Assembly (NCBI GenBank): GCA_040876925.1
Contig: JBBDOS010000004.1
Coordinates: 37,330-101,329, forward strand
Direction: 5' to 3'
DNA: 64,000 nt
Origin: Candidatus Saccharimonadales bacterium
GTDB lineage: Bacteria; Patescibacteriota; Saccharimonadia; QS-5-54-17
Under the pieces are notes generated by a model that did not search any database, was not told the origin of the DNA, and worked only from the letters and a program-made list of their open reading frames with translations. Of this stretch, positions 31,875-40,988 are shown piece after piece. Position numbers and translations under genes: made by a program. Each line of letters opens with the position of its first letter. The stretch's first letter is position 1.

Positions 31875-32284
31875 TCGTAAAGTGTGAGGTGGAGACCAAA
31901 GCATTTACGACCCTAGAGGTCTTTGACAAGCTACATATTTGTAAATTATATCTGTTATATTAAGATATTGTTCGCTATTTAGTATATGTAGTTCAAAAGC
32001 AGAACACTGTAGGCTATTTAAGGTTGTCTTTAGTGTTCTGCTTTTGGCTTATATGCTAAGAGCAATATTTAAGTGACCGATATGTATTTTTGTATTTTTC
32101 CATAACTTTAAATGTTTCTTCTTCTATAGAGGCAAGGAGCAGCACTGTATTGCAAACTATTAATTAGTTTGCGGTATGTTGCTGTTCCTTACCCTGTGGG
32201 GGTCCGAGGAAAGGTAGTTAGAAAGCCTAACTACCCTTGATGCATTAACATGCATCACAGCAGACTCCCAGAAGGGGGAGAGAC
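31875..32284 (+). ncRNA. Long, highly structured 5' leader or ncRNA (unknown family)
   Basis: Hairpin 31875-31910; ~140-nt rod 31947-32084 with a perfect 15-bp core (31994-32008/32032-32046); rod 32134-32190; hairpins 32211-32238 and 32239-32256; mismatches mostly G-U on + strand. Confidence 0.6.
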
Positions 32285-32731
32285 ATGACTGTCGAGAACA
32301 ACACCAGGCCAATCACCAACGCCGAGATGCGTGAGCGGTTCGATCACTTCGAGCAGATTCTTGAGCGCAGGAGTCGGTGGTATCGTTTGCGTAGCTGGTT
32401 CAGTACTCGTAATGAGGGTCGAGCCAGGCTCAACAAAACCAGTCTCCGTGAGAGACTGGCAAACAGAGATTCCGTTCAGCTGAACGGCAAGCTGCTTCCA
32501 TTGGCTGTTAGCGCAGTCCTTGGTTTGCTAGCTGGTTGGATCGCTGTCCGGATCGGTCTGAGTCTTTCCGACCGAGTTGCTGAAATTGCTGGTACCAGCC
32601 TTGGCTGGCTGGCTCTTCAGCAGATCGTCATCACGATTTTGGCGATACTCATCGGTATCTACACGTTTCGATGGGTGCTGAACTACTTCAAGGAAGACCA
32701 ACTCGAGGAATCTAACAACGATTCCTCCTGA
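32285..32731 (+). CDS. Hypothetical membrane protein (basic N-terminus, 2 TM helices)
   Basis: 148-aa ORF, RBS GGGGGAGA, elevated GC relative to flanks. Confidence 0.75.
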   Translation: MTVENNTRPITNAEMRERFDHFEQILERRSRWYRLRSWFSTRNEGRARLNKTSLRERLANRDSVQLNGKLLPLAVSAVLGLLAGWIAVRIGLSLSDRVAEIAGTSLGWLALQQIVITILAILIGIYTFRWVLNYFKEDQLEESNNDSS

Positions 32732-32753
32732 AGATCACCAAGGAGGTGACAGC

Positions 32754-33845
32754 ATGAAGCGCATATTGGCGCTAGTCGGGGTGCTGCTGCTAGTTGCAGC
32801 CATCCCGCTCGTCACCATCTTTGGTGGTGACGATGAACCCGTCATTGATCAGGCTGAATCCGAAGTGGAGTCAGAGCCTGATCCCGAATCAGAACCCGAA
32901 CCAGAACCCGAACCAGCATCCGAATCAGGGTGTCTGACGTGGGAATCGGTTGAGGGTAACCACGACAACAACAGGTGGTTTGGTGATGGCATTGCAAGCA
33001 TTCTAGAAGCACAAACGCGTGAGGATGCTCGTAATGCAGCCGATGAATTCTTGGGGCTGGTTAAGCACCATCCCAACCTACTCGTGGCAACGACTCGTTA
33101 TTTCCTTGACCGTGAGGTTGAGGCAGTTGAGTTGTTCGATCGAGACGACTGTGCTACAAATGAGGCTGAAGTTCTCGTAGCTGAACTAGAGATAGTTCTG
33201 GCCGCGAGTGATATCTCAGTTGATGAAGCACCGTCTGATGGGTACAACTCTGGTGTAGATGAGCATGGAACGGCTGGTGTATCAACTCACCCCGGAATTA
33301 CTGGTAACCGTCAGGCTATCAAGATTGTGAAGCCTGATGGTACGGTGATTTGGATTATGGGTAGGTGCGGTAACATCGTCGTTACTGAGCCTCCGCCAGA
33401 TCTACCCGAGGTTCCAACAGATGAACCGCCTCCGAAGGAGGTCAAGGACCCAAGCGAGGATGTTTTGTTGAATCCAGACGTCCCAGATAGGGTTCGAGGT
33501 CCATCTGGAGGAAGTGGGTGCGGTGATAAGCCCTGTGAGGTTGATGCTCCTGAAGCTGATCCTGACAGGACGCCGCCGTCAACCGACTCTCCTGAACCAC
33601 CACCTCCAGAACCTGGCGGCTATGAGCAGCCAGACTCTTCTGATGGTGGAGGTTCTCCTGGCGGTGGAGACGATTCAGTCGTTTCTGAGCCAGATGATGA
33701 TGCAGATGACAACCCCGAGCAGGATGACTCTAAGGAGCCATCTCCAGGTACGTCATCTGACACTTCCAACGATGCTGATTCAGACGACGCAAAGACGCCT
33801 GAGTCAGACGAAACCAATCAGTCAGGAGATCCTGGAATGCCCTAG
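32754..33845 (+). CDS. Secreted/anchored acidic Pro-rich protein with a CGN-motif domain
   Basis: SD AAGGAGGT, signal peptide MKRILALVGVLLLVAA, EP repeats, IMGRCGNIV, long P/D/S/E disordered tail. Confidence 0.8.
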   Translation: MKRILALVGVLLLVAAIPLVTIFGGDDEPVIDQAESEVESEPDPESEPEPEPEPASESGCLTWESVEGNHDNNRWFGDGIASILEAQTREDARNAADEFLGLVKHHPNLLVATTRYFLDREVEAVELFDRDDCATNEAEVLVAELEIVLAASDISVDEAPSDGYNSGVDEHGTAGVSTHPGITGNRQAIKIVKPDGTVIWIMGRCGNIVVTEPPPDLPEVPTDEPPPKEVKDPSEDVLLNPDVPDRVRGPSGGSGCGDKPCEVDAPEADPDRTPPSTDSPEPPPPEPGGYEQPDSSDGGGSPGGGDDSVVSEPDDDADDNPEQDDSKEPSPGTSSDTSNDADSDDAKTPESDETNQSGDPGMP

Positions 33846-33894
33846 CGGCTCACCAGCGGTTTCCTATGAGTAATGGAGATACATGGATCATATC

Positions 33895-33986
33895 GGGTCA
33901 CTGCGTGCTACTGGGGCAATCTTTTGTTTTAAAGGGCTAACACCTCTTTGATAAAAAACAAAAGACCCCCAGTAGCCGCATTACCC
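33895..33986 (+). terminator. ~92-nt rod-like 3' stem (non-canonical terminator or processing stem)
   Basis: GCTACTGGGG/CCCCAGTAGC, TCTTTTGTTTT/AAAACAAAAGA, AAAGGG/CTCTTT; no immediate U-tract. Confidence 0.55.
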
Positions 33987-34131
33987 TAAATAGTTTTCAA
34001 ATATGTAGTTTGTTGAAGTGTAAATCCTAGAGGGAAAGAGCACATTAATAAGCCAAACCTAGAGAAGAGATACATTAAACAATTAGAAACTTTTAGTATT
34101 TTAAGTAAATTCCCTATGAAAGGAGAATGAT

Positions 34132-35439
34132 ATGAATATAAGAAATATATTAAACTATATCAGCTATGTTCCTAAGTCATTTACAGCTATAGCCGCAGCA
34201 CTTGTGGTTACTGTAATGCCTATAGCAACTATGGCTGGTTTTGGTCCGGATAGACCAACTTTTAGCATTAACGATCCAGCAGATTACGTAACTTTCAACT
34301 CTATTACCGATAATCCAAATTATGGTGATGAGAGATACTTCTTTGATGGTAAGCCTGCTAGTGACACTAGTACAGGCGGCTTCTCTGACCCTATAGAAAT
34401 AGGTGATTTAGACGATGGTGATGAGCTATTGCTACGTGTATACGTACACAACAACGCCAAAGAAAGTCTAAACGATAGCGGTGAAGGTATTGCCAAGAAC
34501 ACTCATGTTAGAGTAGATCTACCTAACAATACCGATAGATCACTACGTGCTACTGCTAGCATTTCAGCTGATAATGCTAACCCAGGTACGGTATATGACA
34601 CATTAGACTTTACTAGTGCTAATAGACCATTCAACCTAGATTACGTTGCTGATTCAGCTGTGATTCATACTAATGCTGTGCCAAGCGGTATGAATCTAAG
34701 TGATGACATCATCACTTCTAACGGAGCTAAGATAGGATACGATAAACTTAATGGTGAAGTGCCTGGATGCTTTGAATTTACAGGTATAGTAACCTTAAAG
34801 GTTAAAGTTAACAAAGCGGACGTAGAAGTCGATAAGTTTGTTCGTAAGCTAGGTGAAACTGAGTGGAAAACTGAAAATAATGCTAAGCCTGGAGACACGC
34901 TTGAGTATTTGATACGCATGAAAAACTCAGGTAGCACTACTCTTAAAGATGTCATGGTAGGCGATAATCTACCTAAGTACACTTCATATGTAGAAGGCAC
35001 CACTATGTTGAAAAACATGAACAACCCTAACGGTATTAGTATCGACAACGATAATATTACCAAGGGAGGTATCAATATAGGTCACTATGAACCTGGATCT
35101 GTAGCGTATGTATGGTTCCAGGCCAAAGTCGATCCTGTAGGAGTATTCGATAAGTGTGGAGACTATACTATCCGCAATGTTGGCGTAGTACGTCCTGAGG
35201 ATATGAATGAGTTCTTCAACACTGCAGATACCAATGTCACTATTAAGTGTGAAGTGACTCCGACAGGTGCACCTCCTGAAGATGTTCCTGAAGATGTTCC
35301 AGAAGGCGTTCCAGAAGAATTGCCACAAACTGGTATAGGTGGCATCTTCGGTGGATTGATAGGTAGTGGAGCTCTAGGTATCGGCTTAAGAAGCTGGATA
35401 GGTTCCAGAAGGAAGTTTATCGACTCTTTAATGAGTTAA
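34132..35439 (+). CDS. Cell-surface protein with DUF11-like domain and LPQTG sorting signal
   Basis: Signal peptide; VDKFVR...AKPGDTLEYLI..KNSG...V.VGDNLP..TSYVEGTT; PEDV repeats; LPQTG + hydrophobic segment + RRK. Confidence 0.85.
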   Translation: MNIRNILNYISYVPKSFTAIAAALVVTVMPIATMAGFGPDRPTFSINDPADYVTFNSITDNPNYGDERYFFDGKPASDTSTGGFSDPIEIGDLDDGDELLLRVYVHNNAKESLNDSGEGIAKNTHVRVDLPNNTDRSLRATASISADNANPGTVYDTLDFTSANRPFNLDYVADSAVIHTNAVPSGMNLSDDIITSNGAKIGYDKLNGEVPGCFEFTGIVTLKVKVNKADVEVDKFVRKLGETEWKTENNAKPGDTLEYLIRMKNSGSTTLKDVMVGDNLPKYTSYVEGTTMLKNMNNPNGISIDNDNITKGGINIGHYEPGSVAYVWFQAKVDPVGVFDKCGDYTIRNVGVVRPEDMNEFFNTADTNVTIKCEVTPTGAPPEDVPEDVPEGVPEELPQTGIGGIFGGLIGSGALGIGLRSWIGSRRKFIDSLMS

Positions 35440-35478
35440 TAGATAAAGACTTCTAAAAGACCTAGATCGGCTCTAGGT

Positions 35479-35507
35479 AAGCACCCCTGTTTTGCAGGGG
35501 TGCTTTT
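35479..35507 (+). terminator. Intrinsic terminator
   Basis: AAGCACCCCTG-ttttg-CAGGGGTGCTT followed by T residues, 40 nt after the stop. Confidence 0.85.
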
Positions 35508-35588
35508 AATTTAACTACATCTAGTTAAATATTTAGCAAGAATAGCCCAATAACAGGGTTAGAGATGATATACATGGAATGCATATAT

Positions 35589-35617
35589 TTGACAAAAGCA
35601 TAAGTAGATAGTATAAT
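35589..35617 (+). promoter_or_regulatory. Consensus sigma70 promoter
   Basis: TTGACA (35589-94), 17-bp spacer, TATAAT (35612-17). Confidence 0.85.
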
Positions 35618-35671
35618 ATAGAACATTAACCAAGGTGTGAAGGAGTTTACACCACAAGGAGGTTTTAAGAG

Positions 35672-36742
35672 ATGTTAAAGAATCTAAGAATTAAGAACTA
35701 CATTTTAGTTATAGCTTTGTTTCTAGCTGGTATATTAGGAGTTGTTAGTATAGGTAGCTCTTTTGCAGCTAGTGATAATGATATTGTTTATGGTGGTGTT
35801 TCTAATCAAACTGATCTACGCAACAAGTTTAATAATGGCGATGGACACAACTCAGCTGCTAATATCCAAGCCATCTATCGTGAAGCTATTGGCGTAAAGA
35901 AATCTACTGAAATGAGCGGTATGAGCTGGGGCTATGTTTACCGTGACGGTAGGGTGGTAGTTGATGGTAAGACGGTAGCCACTAATGCTAAAAGCTCAGG
36001 TAGATTAAACTTCCGCAACTCTAAACCATTGGGTGATACCGGTGCTTTCTACCATGATACCGATATTCGCTTCAGTTCAGGCACTAATAAGCTACGTGCA
36101 CTAATAAAGCTCGATAGTAATGGTAAGTATAAGTTTGCTGTTATAGCTAATTGTGGTAACCCAGTTATTGCTAAACCAGTTCCAGTTCCTGAGCCAGACC
36201 CAGAACCTGAGCCAGACCCTGAACCAGAACCAGAACCAGAACCTAAGCCTGAACCTAAGCCACAACCACAAGCTAGCTTCGTGTGCGATAGCTTAAGTAT
36301 TAATAAGCAACAGGTTAATCCTGGTGATAGAGTTGTCTTTACAGCTAGTTCTAGCAGGAATAACACTAGCCTAGAGGACTACAGCTACCATTTCGGTGAC
36401 GGTGAGGTTCTAACTACTAGACGTAATATGATTTCATATAGTTACAGCGAGCCAGGTACTTACACAGCTTATGTCATAGTTAATACTGATGCCGGCAGTA
36501 CTCAGCCAACCAGTATTTGTGAAGTAACCGTGCAGGTATTAGCTGAGGAAATACCAGAAACACCAGAAGAGTCTACATCTGAGCCAAAAGCACCAGAGAA
36601 GCTAGAAGAAGCTCCTGAAGAGCTAGCGCAAACAGGTGTTGGTAGTGGTTTACTAGGTCTAATGGGTAGCGGTATTCTAGGTGCTACTGTCCAAGGCTTT
36701 AGGATGACCCGCAAAAAGTTTCTAGACACTATATTGGGCTAG
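35672..36742 (+). CDS. Cell-surface protein: CGN-motif domain, EP linker, PKD domain, LAQTG sorting signal
   Basis: SD AAGGAGG, signal peptide, IANCGNPV, (EP)n, YHFGDG..YSYSEPGTYT (PKD), LAQTG + TM + RKK. Confidence 0.85.
   Translation: MLKNLRIKNYILVIALFLAGILGVVSIGSSFAASDNDIVYGGVSNQTDLRNKFNNGDGHNSAANIQAIYREAIGVKKSTEMSGMSWGYVYRDGRVVVDGKTVATNAKSSGRLNFRNSKPLGDTGAFYHDTDIRFSSGTNKLRALIKLDSNGKYKFAVIANCGNPVIAKPVPVPEPDPEPEPDPEPEPEPEPKPEPKPQPQASFVCDSLSINKQQVNPGDRVVFTASSSRNNTSLEDYSYHFGDGEVLTTRRNMISYSYSEPGTYTAYVIVNTDAGSTQPTSICEVTVQVLAEEIPETPEESTSEPKAPEKLEEAPEELAQTGVGSGLLGLMGSGILGATVQGFRMTRKKFLDTILG
36187..36262 (+). repeat. Hexamer-type coding repeat (CCAGAA/CCTGAA variants) encoding (PE/PD/PK)n
   Basis: Tandem Pro-Glu/Asp/Lys codons; a similar tract lies at ~32870-32915. 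Confidence 0.8.
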
Positions 36743-36818
36743 TTTAACTTAGCCCAATATAGCTAGGGGCTACCTAAATTGTAGGTATCTAATATATACT
36801 GATATCTTAAGTAGTCTT

Positions 36819-37904
36819 ATGCATGAATTAAGTAAAGAACTAGAGATATTATTAGATCGGACTGATCAAGCTATGGATCAGTTGGATATTGCTGCTAAAA
36901 AACAAACAGTTGTTGATTTGGAAACAGAAATGGCTAGTCCTGATTTCTGGAATGATTCTGATCTAGCTGCTACAAAGTCCAAAGAACATGCCGATCTCAA
37001 AGACCAAGTCAATCAATGGCAAGATCTAAGAGATGATATAGCTGGTGCTATAGAGATGGCTGAACTGGAAGATCATTCATTACTCAAAGATTTAGAGGCG
37101 CAACATGAACAGCTTAAAGAGCGCTTCGAGAAGAAGGAGTTTGAAGTTAAGTTATCTGGTAAATATGATAAGAATGACGCTATCATTCATATTCATAGTG
37201 GTACTGGCGGTACCGATGCTCAGGACTGGGCGCAGATGTTAGAGAGAATGTATTTAAAGTACGGCGAAAAAACCAATCTTGAATCTGAAGTTATTAGTGA
37301 ATCAGTTGGAGACGAGGCCGGAATCAAAAGTGCTATCCTGCGTCTAAGCGGTCTATATGCCTATGGGCGTCTGCAGTCCGAGCACGGAGTCCATAGACTA
37401 GTCCGCTTATCTCCATTCAATGCTGATAACTTGCGTCAGACTAGCTTTGCTTTGGTGGAAGTTACTCCTGATATATCAGAGCCTAAAGACATAGAGATTG
37501 ACGAAAAGGACTTACGAGTTGATGTCTACCGTGCCGGTGGTAAAGGTGGCCAGTCAGTCAATACCACTGATTCTGCAGTACGTATTACCCATATACCTAC
37601 CAATATTACAGTAGCTATTCAGAACGAAAGATCTCAGCTTCAAAACAAAGAAGCTGCCATGAAAGTTTTACGAGCTAGATTAGCTCAGCTGCAGCATGAA
37701 CAGCACGAAGAGGCAATCAGTAAACTCAAAGGTCCTAGCCATACTCAGCAGTGGGGTCAGCAGATAAGGAACTATGTCTTACACCCCTATACATTAGTGA
37801 AAGACACTCGGACAAATTTTGAGACTAACAATGTCGATAGGGTGCTTGATGGTGACTTGGACGATTTTATAGACGCCTACTTAACTTATAATATATCGTC
37901 TTAA
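36819..37904 (+). CDS. prfB: Peptide chain release factor 2 (continuous ORF, no programmed frameshift)
   Basis: GVHRLVRLSPF (SPF), GGQ, WGQQIRNYVLHPY. Confidence 0.97.
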   Translation: MHELSKELEILLDRTDQAMDQLDIAAKKQTVVDLETEMASPDFWNDSDLAATKSKEHADLKDQVNQWQDLRDDIAGAIEMAELEDHSLLKDLEAQHEQLKERFEKKEFEVKLSGKYDKNDAIIHIHSGTGGTDAQDWAQMLERMYLKYGEKTNLESEVISESVGDEAGIKSAILRLSGLYAYGRLQSEHGVHRLVRLSPFNADNLRQTSFALVEVTPDISEPKDIEIDEKDLRVDVYRAGGKGGQSVNTTDSAVRITHIPTNITVAIQNERSQLQNKEAAMKVLRARLAQLQHEQHEEAISKLKGPSHTQQWGQQIRNYVLHPYTLVKDTRTNFETNNVDRVLDGDLDDFIDAYLTYNISS

Positions 37905-37938
37905 GGACACTTACTTATACCGCCCCGCCTATGCTAAT

Positions 37939-38625
37939 ATGATAGGCGTGATATTACTTGATAGATTATCAAAATCATATGGAAAATCCGTGGCTCTAGA
38001 ACGGGTAGATTTACATATCCATCCCAAAGAGTTTGTTACGGTAGTAGGCCGTAGTGGAGCTGGCAAATCGACCCTTATAAAGTTACTTATACAAGAAGAA
38101 AAACACAGCTCCGGCAAGATTATAGTTGGCGGGGTAGATTACGATAATTTGAAGCGTCGTGATATACCAAAATTGAGGCGTAAAATAGGGGTAGTATTTC
38201 AGGACTTTAAGCTACTTAACAATCGCAATATCTATGAAAATGTAGCTTTTGCATTAGAGATTACCGGTACTAGACCTAGTGTCATTAAACATACTGTACC
38301 AAAAGTAATTAAACTGGTCGGGCTAGAAGGTAAAGAGAGGAACTTTCCTCATGAGATATCTGGCGGAGAGAAACAGAGGGTAGCTATAGCTAGGGCGATT
38401 GTACGCCAACCCAATATATTAATAGCCGATGAACCAACCGGCAACTTAGACCCCAAGCATTCCTGGGATATTATAGAGCTGCTACTAAAGATTAATCGTT
38501 ATGGTACGACTGTAATTCTAACCACTCACAATCGTGATATTGTTAACGCTCTGCAGAGAAGGGTGGTAACTTTGCGTGACGGTAAAGTAGCTAACGATGA
38601 AGAAAGAGGTAGTTATGAAGTATAG
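37939..38625 (+). CDS. ftsE: Cell division ABC ATPase FtsE
   Basis: GRSGAGKST, RRKIGVVFQDFKLL, SGGEKQRV, ADEPTGNLD. Confidence 0.95.
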   Translation: MIGVILLDRLSKSYGKSVALERVDLHIHPKEFVTVVGRSGAGKSTLIKLLIQEEKHSSGKIIVGGVDYDNLKRRDIPKLRRKIGVVFQDFKLLNNRNIYENVAFALEITGTRPSVIKHTVPKVIKLVGLEGKERNFPHEISGGEKQRVAIARAIVRQPNILIADEPTGNLDPKHSWDIIELLLKINRYGTTVILTTHNRDIVNALQRRVVTLRDGKVANDEERGSYEV

Positions 38626-38640
38626 GGGAGAGATTAAGCT

Positions 38641-39573
38641 ATGCTAAAGACCCTGCTTAGAAAATTACTAATGCTCTGGAGGGTGATTACCTCAGGTACA
38701 CGTAACTTCTTTCGTAACGCCTGGTTAAGCGTAGCGGCTACTACTGTCATGGTGATCACTCTCACTATTATATTAGGGGCCGTAGTTTTGAACATGGCTT
38801 TAGGAGATACTCTGGATAAGATTACTGAGTCGATCGATATAGCCATATTTTTTAATGACGATGCGCCGATGAGTATGGTTAATCAACTACAAAACGACTT
38901 AGAAGAGTTAGATAATGTTACCGGAACAGAGTATATATCTAAAGATGACGCTCTAAGACAGTATCGACTAGACAATATTGACAACCAAGATGTATTAGAT
39001 GCTGTCACTGAAGGGGACAATCCACTGCCTACCAGTTTAGAGGTGCAGGTTCAAGACTTACAGCTGATCGATGAAATTATCATGCTCACTCAGGAGGATC
39101 AATACTTAACTATTATTGAAGATACTTCATTAGGAGAAGATAGACGCAGAACTATAGAGAGGATAGCTGATACTAGGCAGTTCTTAATTACTGCCGGCAT
39201 AGCTGCCAGTCTGATATTTGCTAGCGTATCAGTATTAATTATCTTCAACACTATTCGTATGGCTATATTCGCTAGAGGGGATGAGATTAGTATTATGCGT
39301 TTAGTCGGTGCCACTAATGGATTTATTAGAGGGCCGTTCTTATTCGAAGCCATACTAGATGGATTAATCGCTGCTAGTATTAGTTTGGGGCTGGTTTACT
39401 TACTATTATTTAGGGGAGCTACCAGAATAGTTAATGACTTTATTAGTTTTGATGCTACCATTGCGTTCTTTAGCGATCAGTGGCTGCTAGTAGTGCTAGC
39501 TACCTTAGCAGCTGGAGCATTGATAGGTGTTATCTCCTCGATGATGGCCATGGTTAGGTATCTAAAGCTATAG
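38641..39573 (+). CDS. ftsX: Cell division permease FtsX
   Basis: NPLP.SL, IFNTIRMAI..R..EI.IMRLVGAT..FIRGPF. Confidence 0.94.
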   Translation: MLKTLLRKLLMLWRVITSGTRNFFRNAWLSVAATTVMVITLTIILGAVVLNMALGDTLDKITESIDIAIFFNDDAPMSMVNQLQNDLEELDNVTGTEYISKDDALRQYRLDNIDNQDVLDAVTEGDNPLPTSLEVQVQDLQLIDEIIMLTQEDQYLTIIEDTSLGEDRRRTIERIADTRQFLITAGIAASLIFASVSVLIIFNTIRMAIFARGDEISIMRLVGATNGFIRGPFLFEAILDGLIAASISLGLVYLLLFRGATRIVNDFISFDATIAFFSDQWLLVVLATLAAGALIGVISSMMAMVRYLKL

Positions 39574-39778
39574 CTTTAAGGGGCTTATAAAAAGCATACA
39601 AAGTTAGGCAGTTGTTTGTATTAGTGCTTATGCTATAATCTATGGCCTAGCCTTTACTAATTTGAATAAGTTTTTTAAACATAACCTAAGCTGGTTTATT
39701 TAGCGTAACAACTATTGATTTGTTAGCAATAATTTGGTAATATCTTGGAGTAATGTACTAATGTTAATTAGTAAATAT

Positions 39779-40933
39779 ATGAAAACAAAAACTATCAAAC
39801 TCAAAAGTATTATTTCTATTGTGGCAATTTTCGCCCTACTTATAGGGTTTTATTCTGATGTGTTTGCGCAGAATCTGAGTAATATACATAGGCAAATAGA
39901 ATCTGTTAATAGAGAAATTAGCCAATCAGAGAGTCGCATAGAAGAATTAAGGCGGAGAGAGAATACGCTACAAAATCGGTTAGCTGTATTAGATGCCGAA
40001 GCCAGACAATTAGAGCAAGAGATAAGTCGTACCAAAACAGAAATAACTAAAACTCGAGCAGAGATTACAGAAAAAGAAAAGGAACTAGCTCGCACCAAAG
40101 AAATGATTCAAGAGAGTGCCAAGACTCTATACAAGCAGGGCGACCCATCGACAATAGAGATATTATTCTCTAGCGAAAACTTTACCGACTTTATTAATAA
40201 GCGAGAATATCTGGATAGGGTTAAAACTAGCTTGAATGAGGCAGCTAAGGAGGCAGTATTGCTTAAAGGAGAGTTGGAAGAAAAAGAGACAGAACTTAAC
40301 TTTAAGTCTCGTGAGCTCAGTGGACAACGAGTACAATTAACTAGTCGACAAGAAGAACAAAAACGACTAATAGAAGAAACACAAGGAGAAGAATCTCGCT
40401 ATCAAGAGATTGTAGAGAATCAACGCGGAGAGCTGCAAAGACTTGAAGAGGAGCAAAGGCGAGCATATGATCGGTTCTTAAATAATTTCAATCCAGAGAC
40501 TCGCCCTGGAGATCCCAGTAGGGGTAGCTATCCAGACAAATGGCACAATGCACCTATAAATTCTATGGCGGATGATTGGGGTATGTTTAACAGACAATGT
40601 ACAAGCTATGCTGCTTGGAGAGTAGCTAACGATGGCAAATTTATGCCTAGGTGGGGTAATATACACCCATTTCCGAGAGGTAATGCTCGTTACTGGCCAA
40701 CACATGCCATTAGCGACGATATACCAGTAAATAATACTCCAAAGATTGGAGCAATAGCAGTTTGGGGACCAAATCAGTTTGGTATGAGTAGTATGGGTCA
40801 CCTAGCTTATGTAGAACAAGTTAATGGTGACGGCTCCATCTGGGTGAGTCAGTATAATGTTATAGCTGGTCAATATAATGAAATGAGAGTTCCTAGTTCG
40901 CAGGCACCTAATCTAAGATATATTCATTTTTAG
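39779..40933 (+). CDS. PcsB/CwlO-like coiled-coil peptidoglycan hydrolase with CHAP domain (start placed at ATG 39779)
   Basis: Signal peptide, long coiled coil, QCTSYAAW, GNA..W, GHLAYVE; follows ftsEX. Confidence 0.88.
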   Translation: MKTKTIKLKSIISIVAIFALLIGFYSDVFAQNLSNIHRQIESVNREISQSESRIEELRRRENTLQNRLAVLDAEARQLEQEISRTKTEITKTRAEITEKEKELARTKEMIQESAKTLYKQGDPSTIEILFSSENFTDFINKREYLDRVKTSLNEAAKEAVLLKGELEEKETELNFKSRELSGQRVQLTSRQEEQKRLIEETQGEESRYQEIVENQRGELQRLEEEQRRAYDRFLNNFNPETRPGDPSRGSYPDKWHNAPINSMADDWGMFNRQCTSYAAWRVANDGKFMPRWGNIHPFPRGNARYWPTHAISDDIPVNNTPKIGAIAVWGPNQFGMSSMGHLAYVEQVNGDGSIWVSQYNVIAGQYNEMRVPSSQAPNLRYIHF

Positions 40934-40988
40934 GTTGTTGGCCTAATTATATTTAAGCAACACATCCATAACGCTCATGCTACAATAG

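Noticed and set aside
31875-32284. Retron msr/msd, CRISPR array or IS ends
   Set aside because: No RT, cas or transposase gene nearby; the stems are unrelated in sequence and there is no repeat-spacer periodicity.
33514-33873. Overlapping 119-aa ORF, and similar alternative-frame ORFs at 59806-60671, 13835-14095 and 36049-36366
   Set aside because: Shadow frames over low-complexity or GC-rich real genes; no RBS or recognisable motifs.
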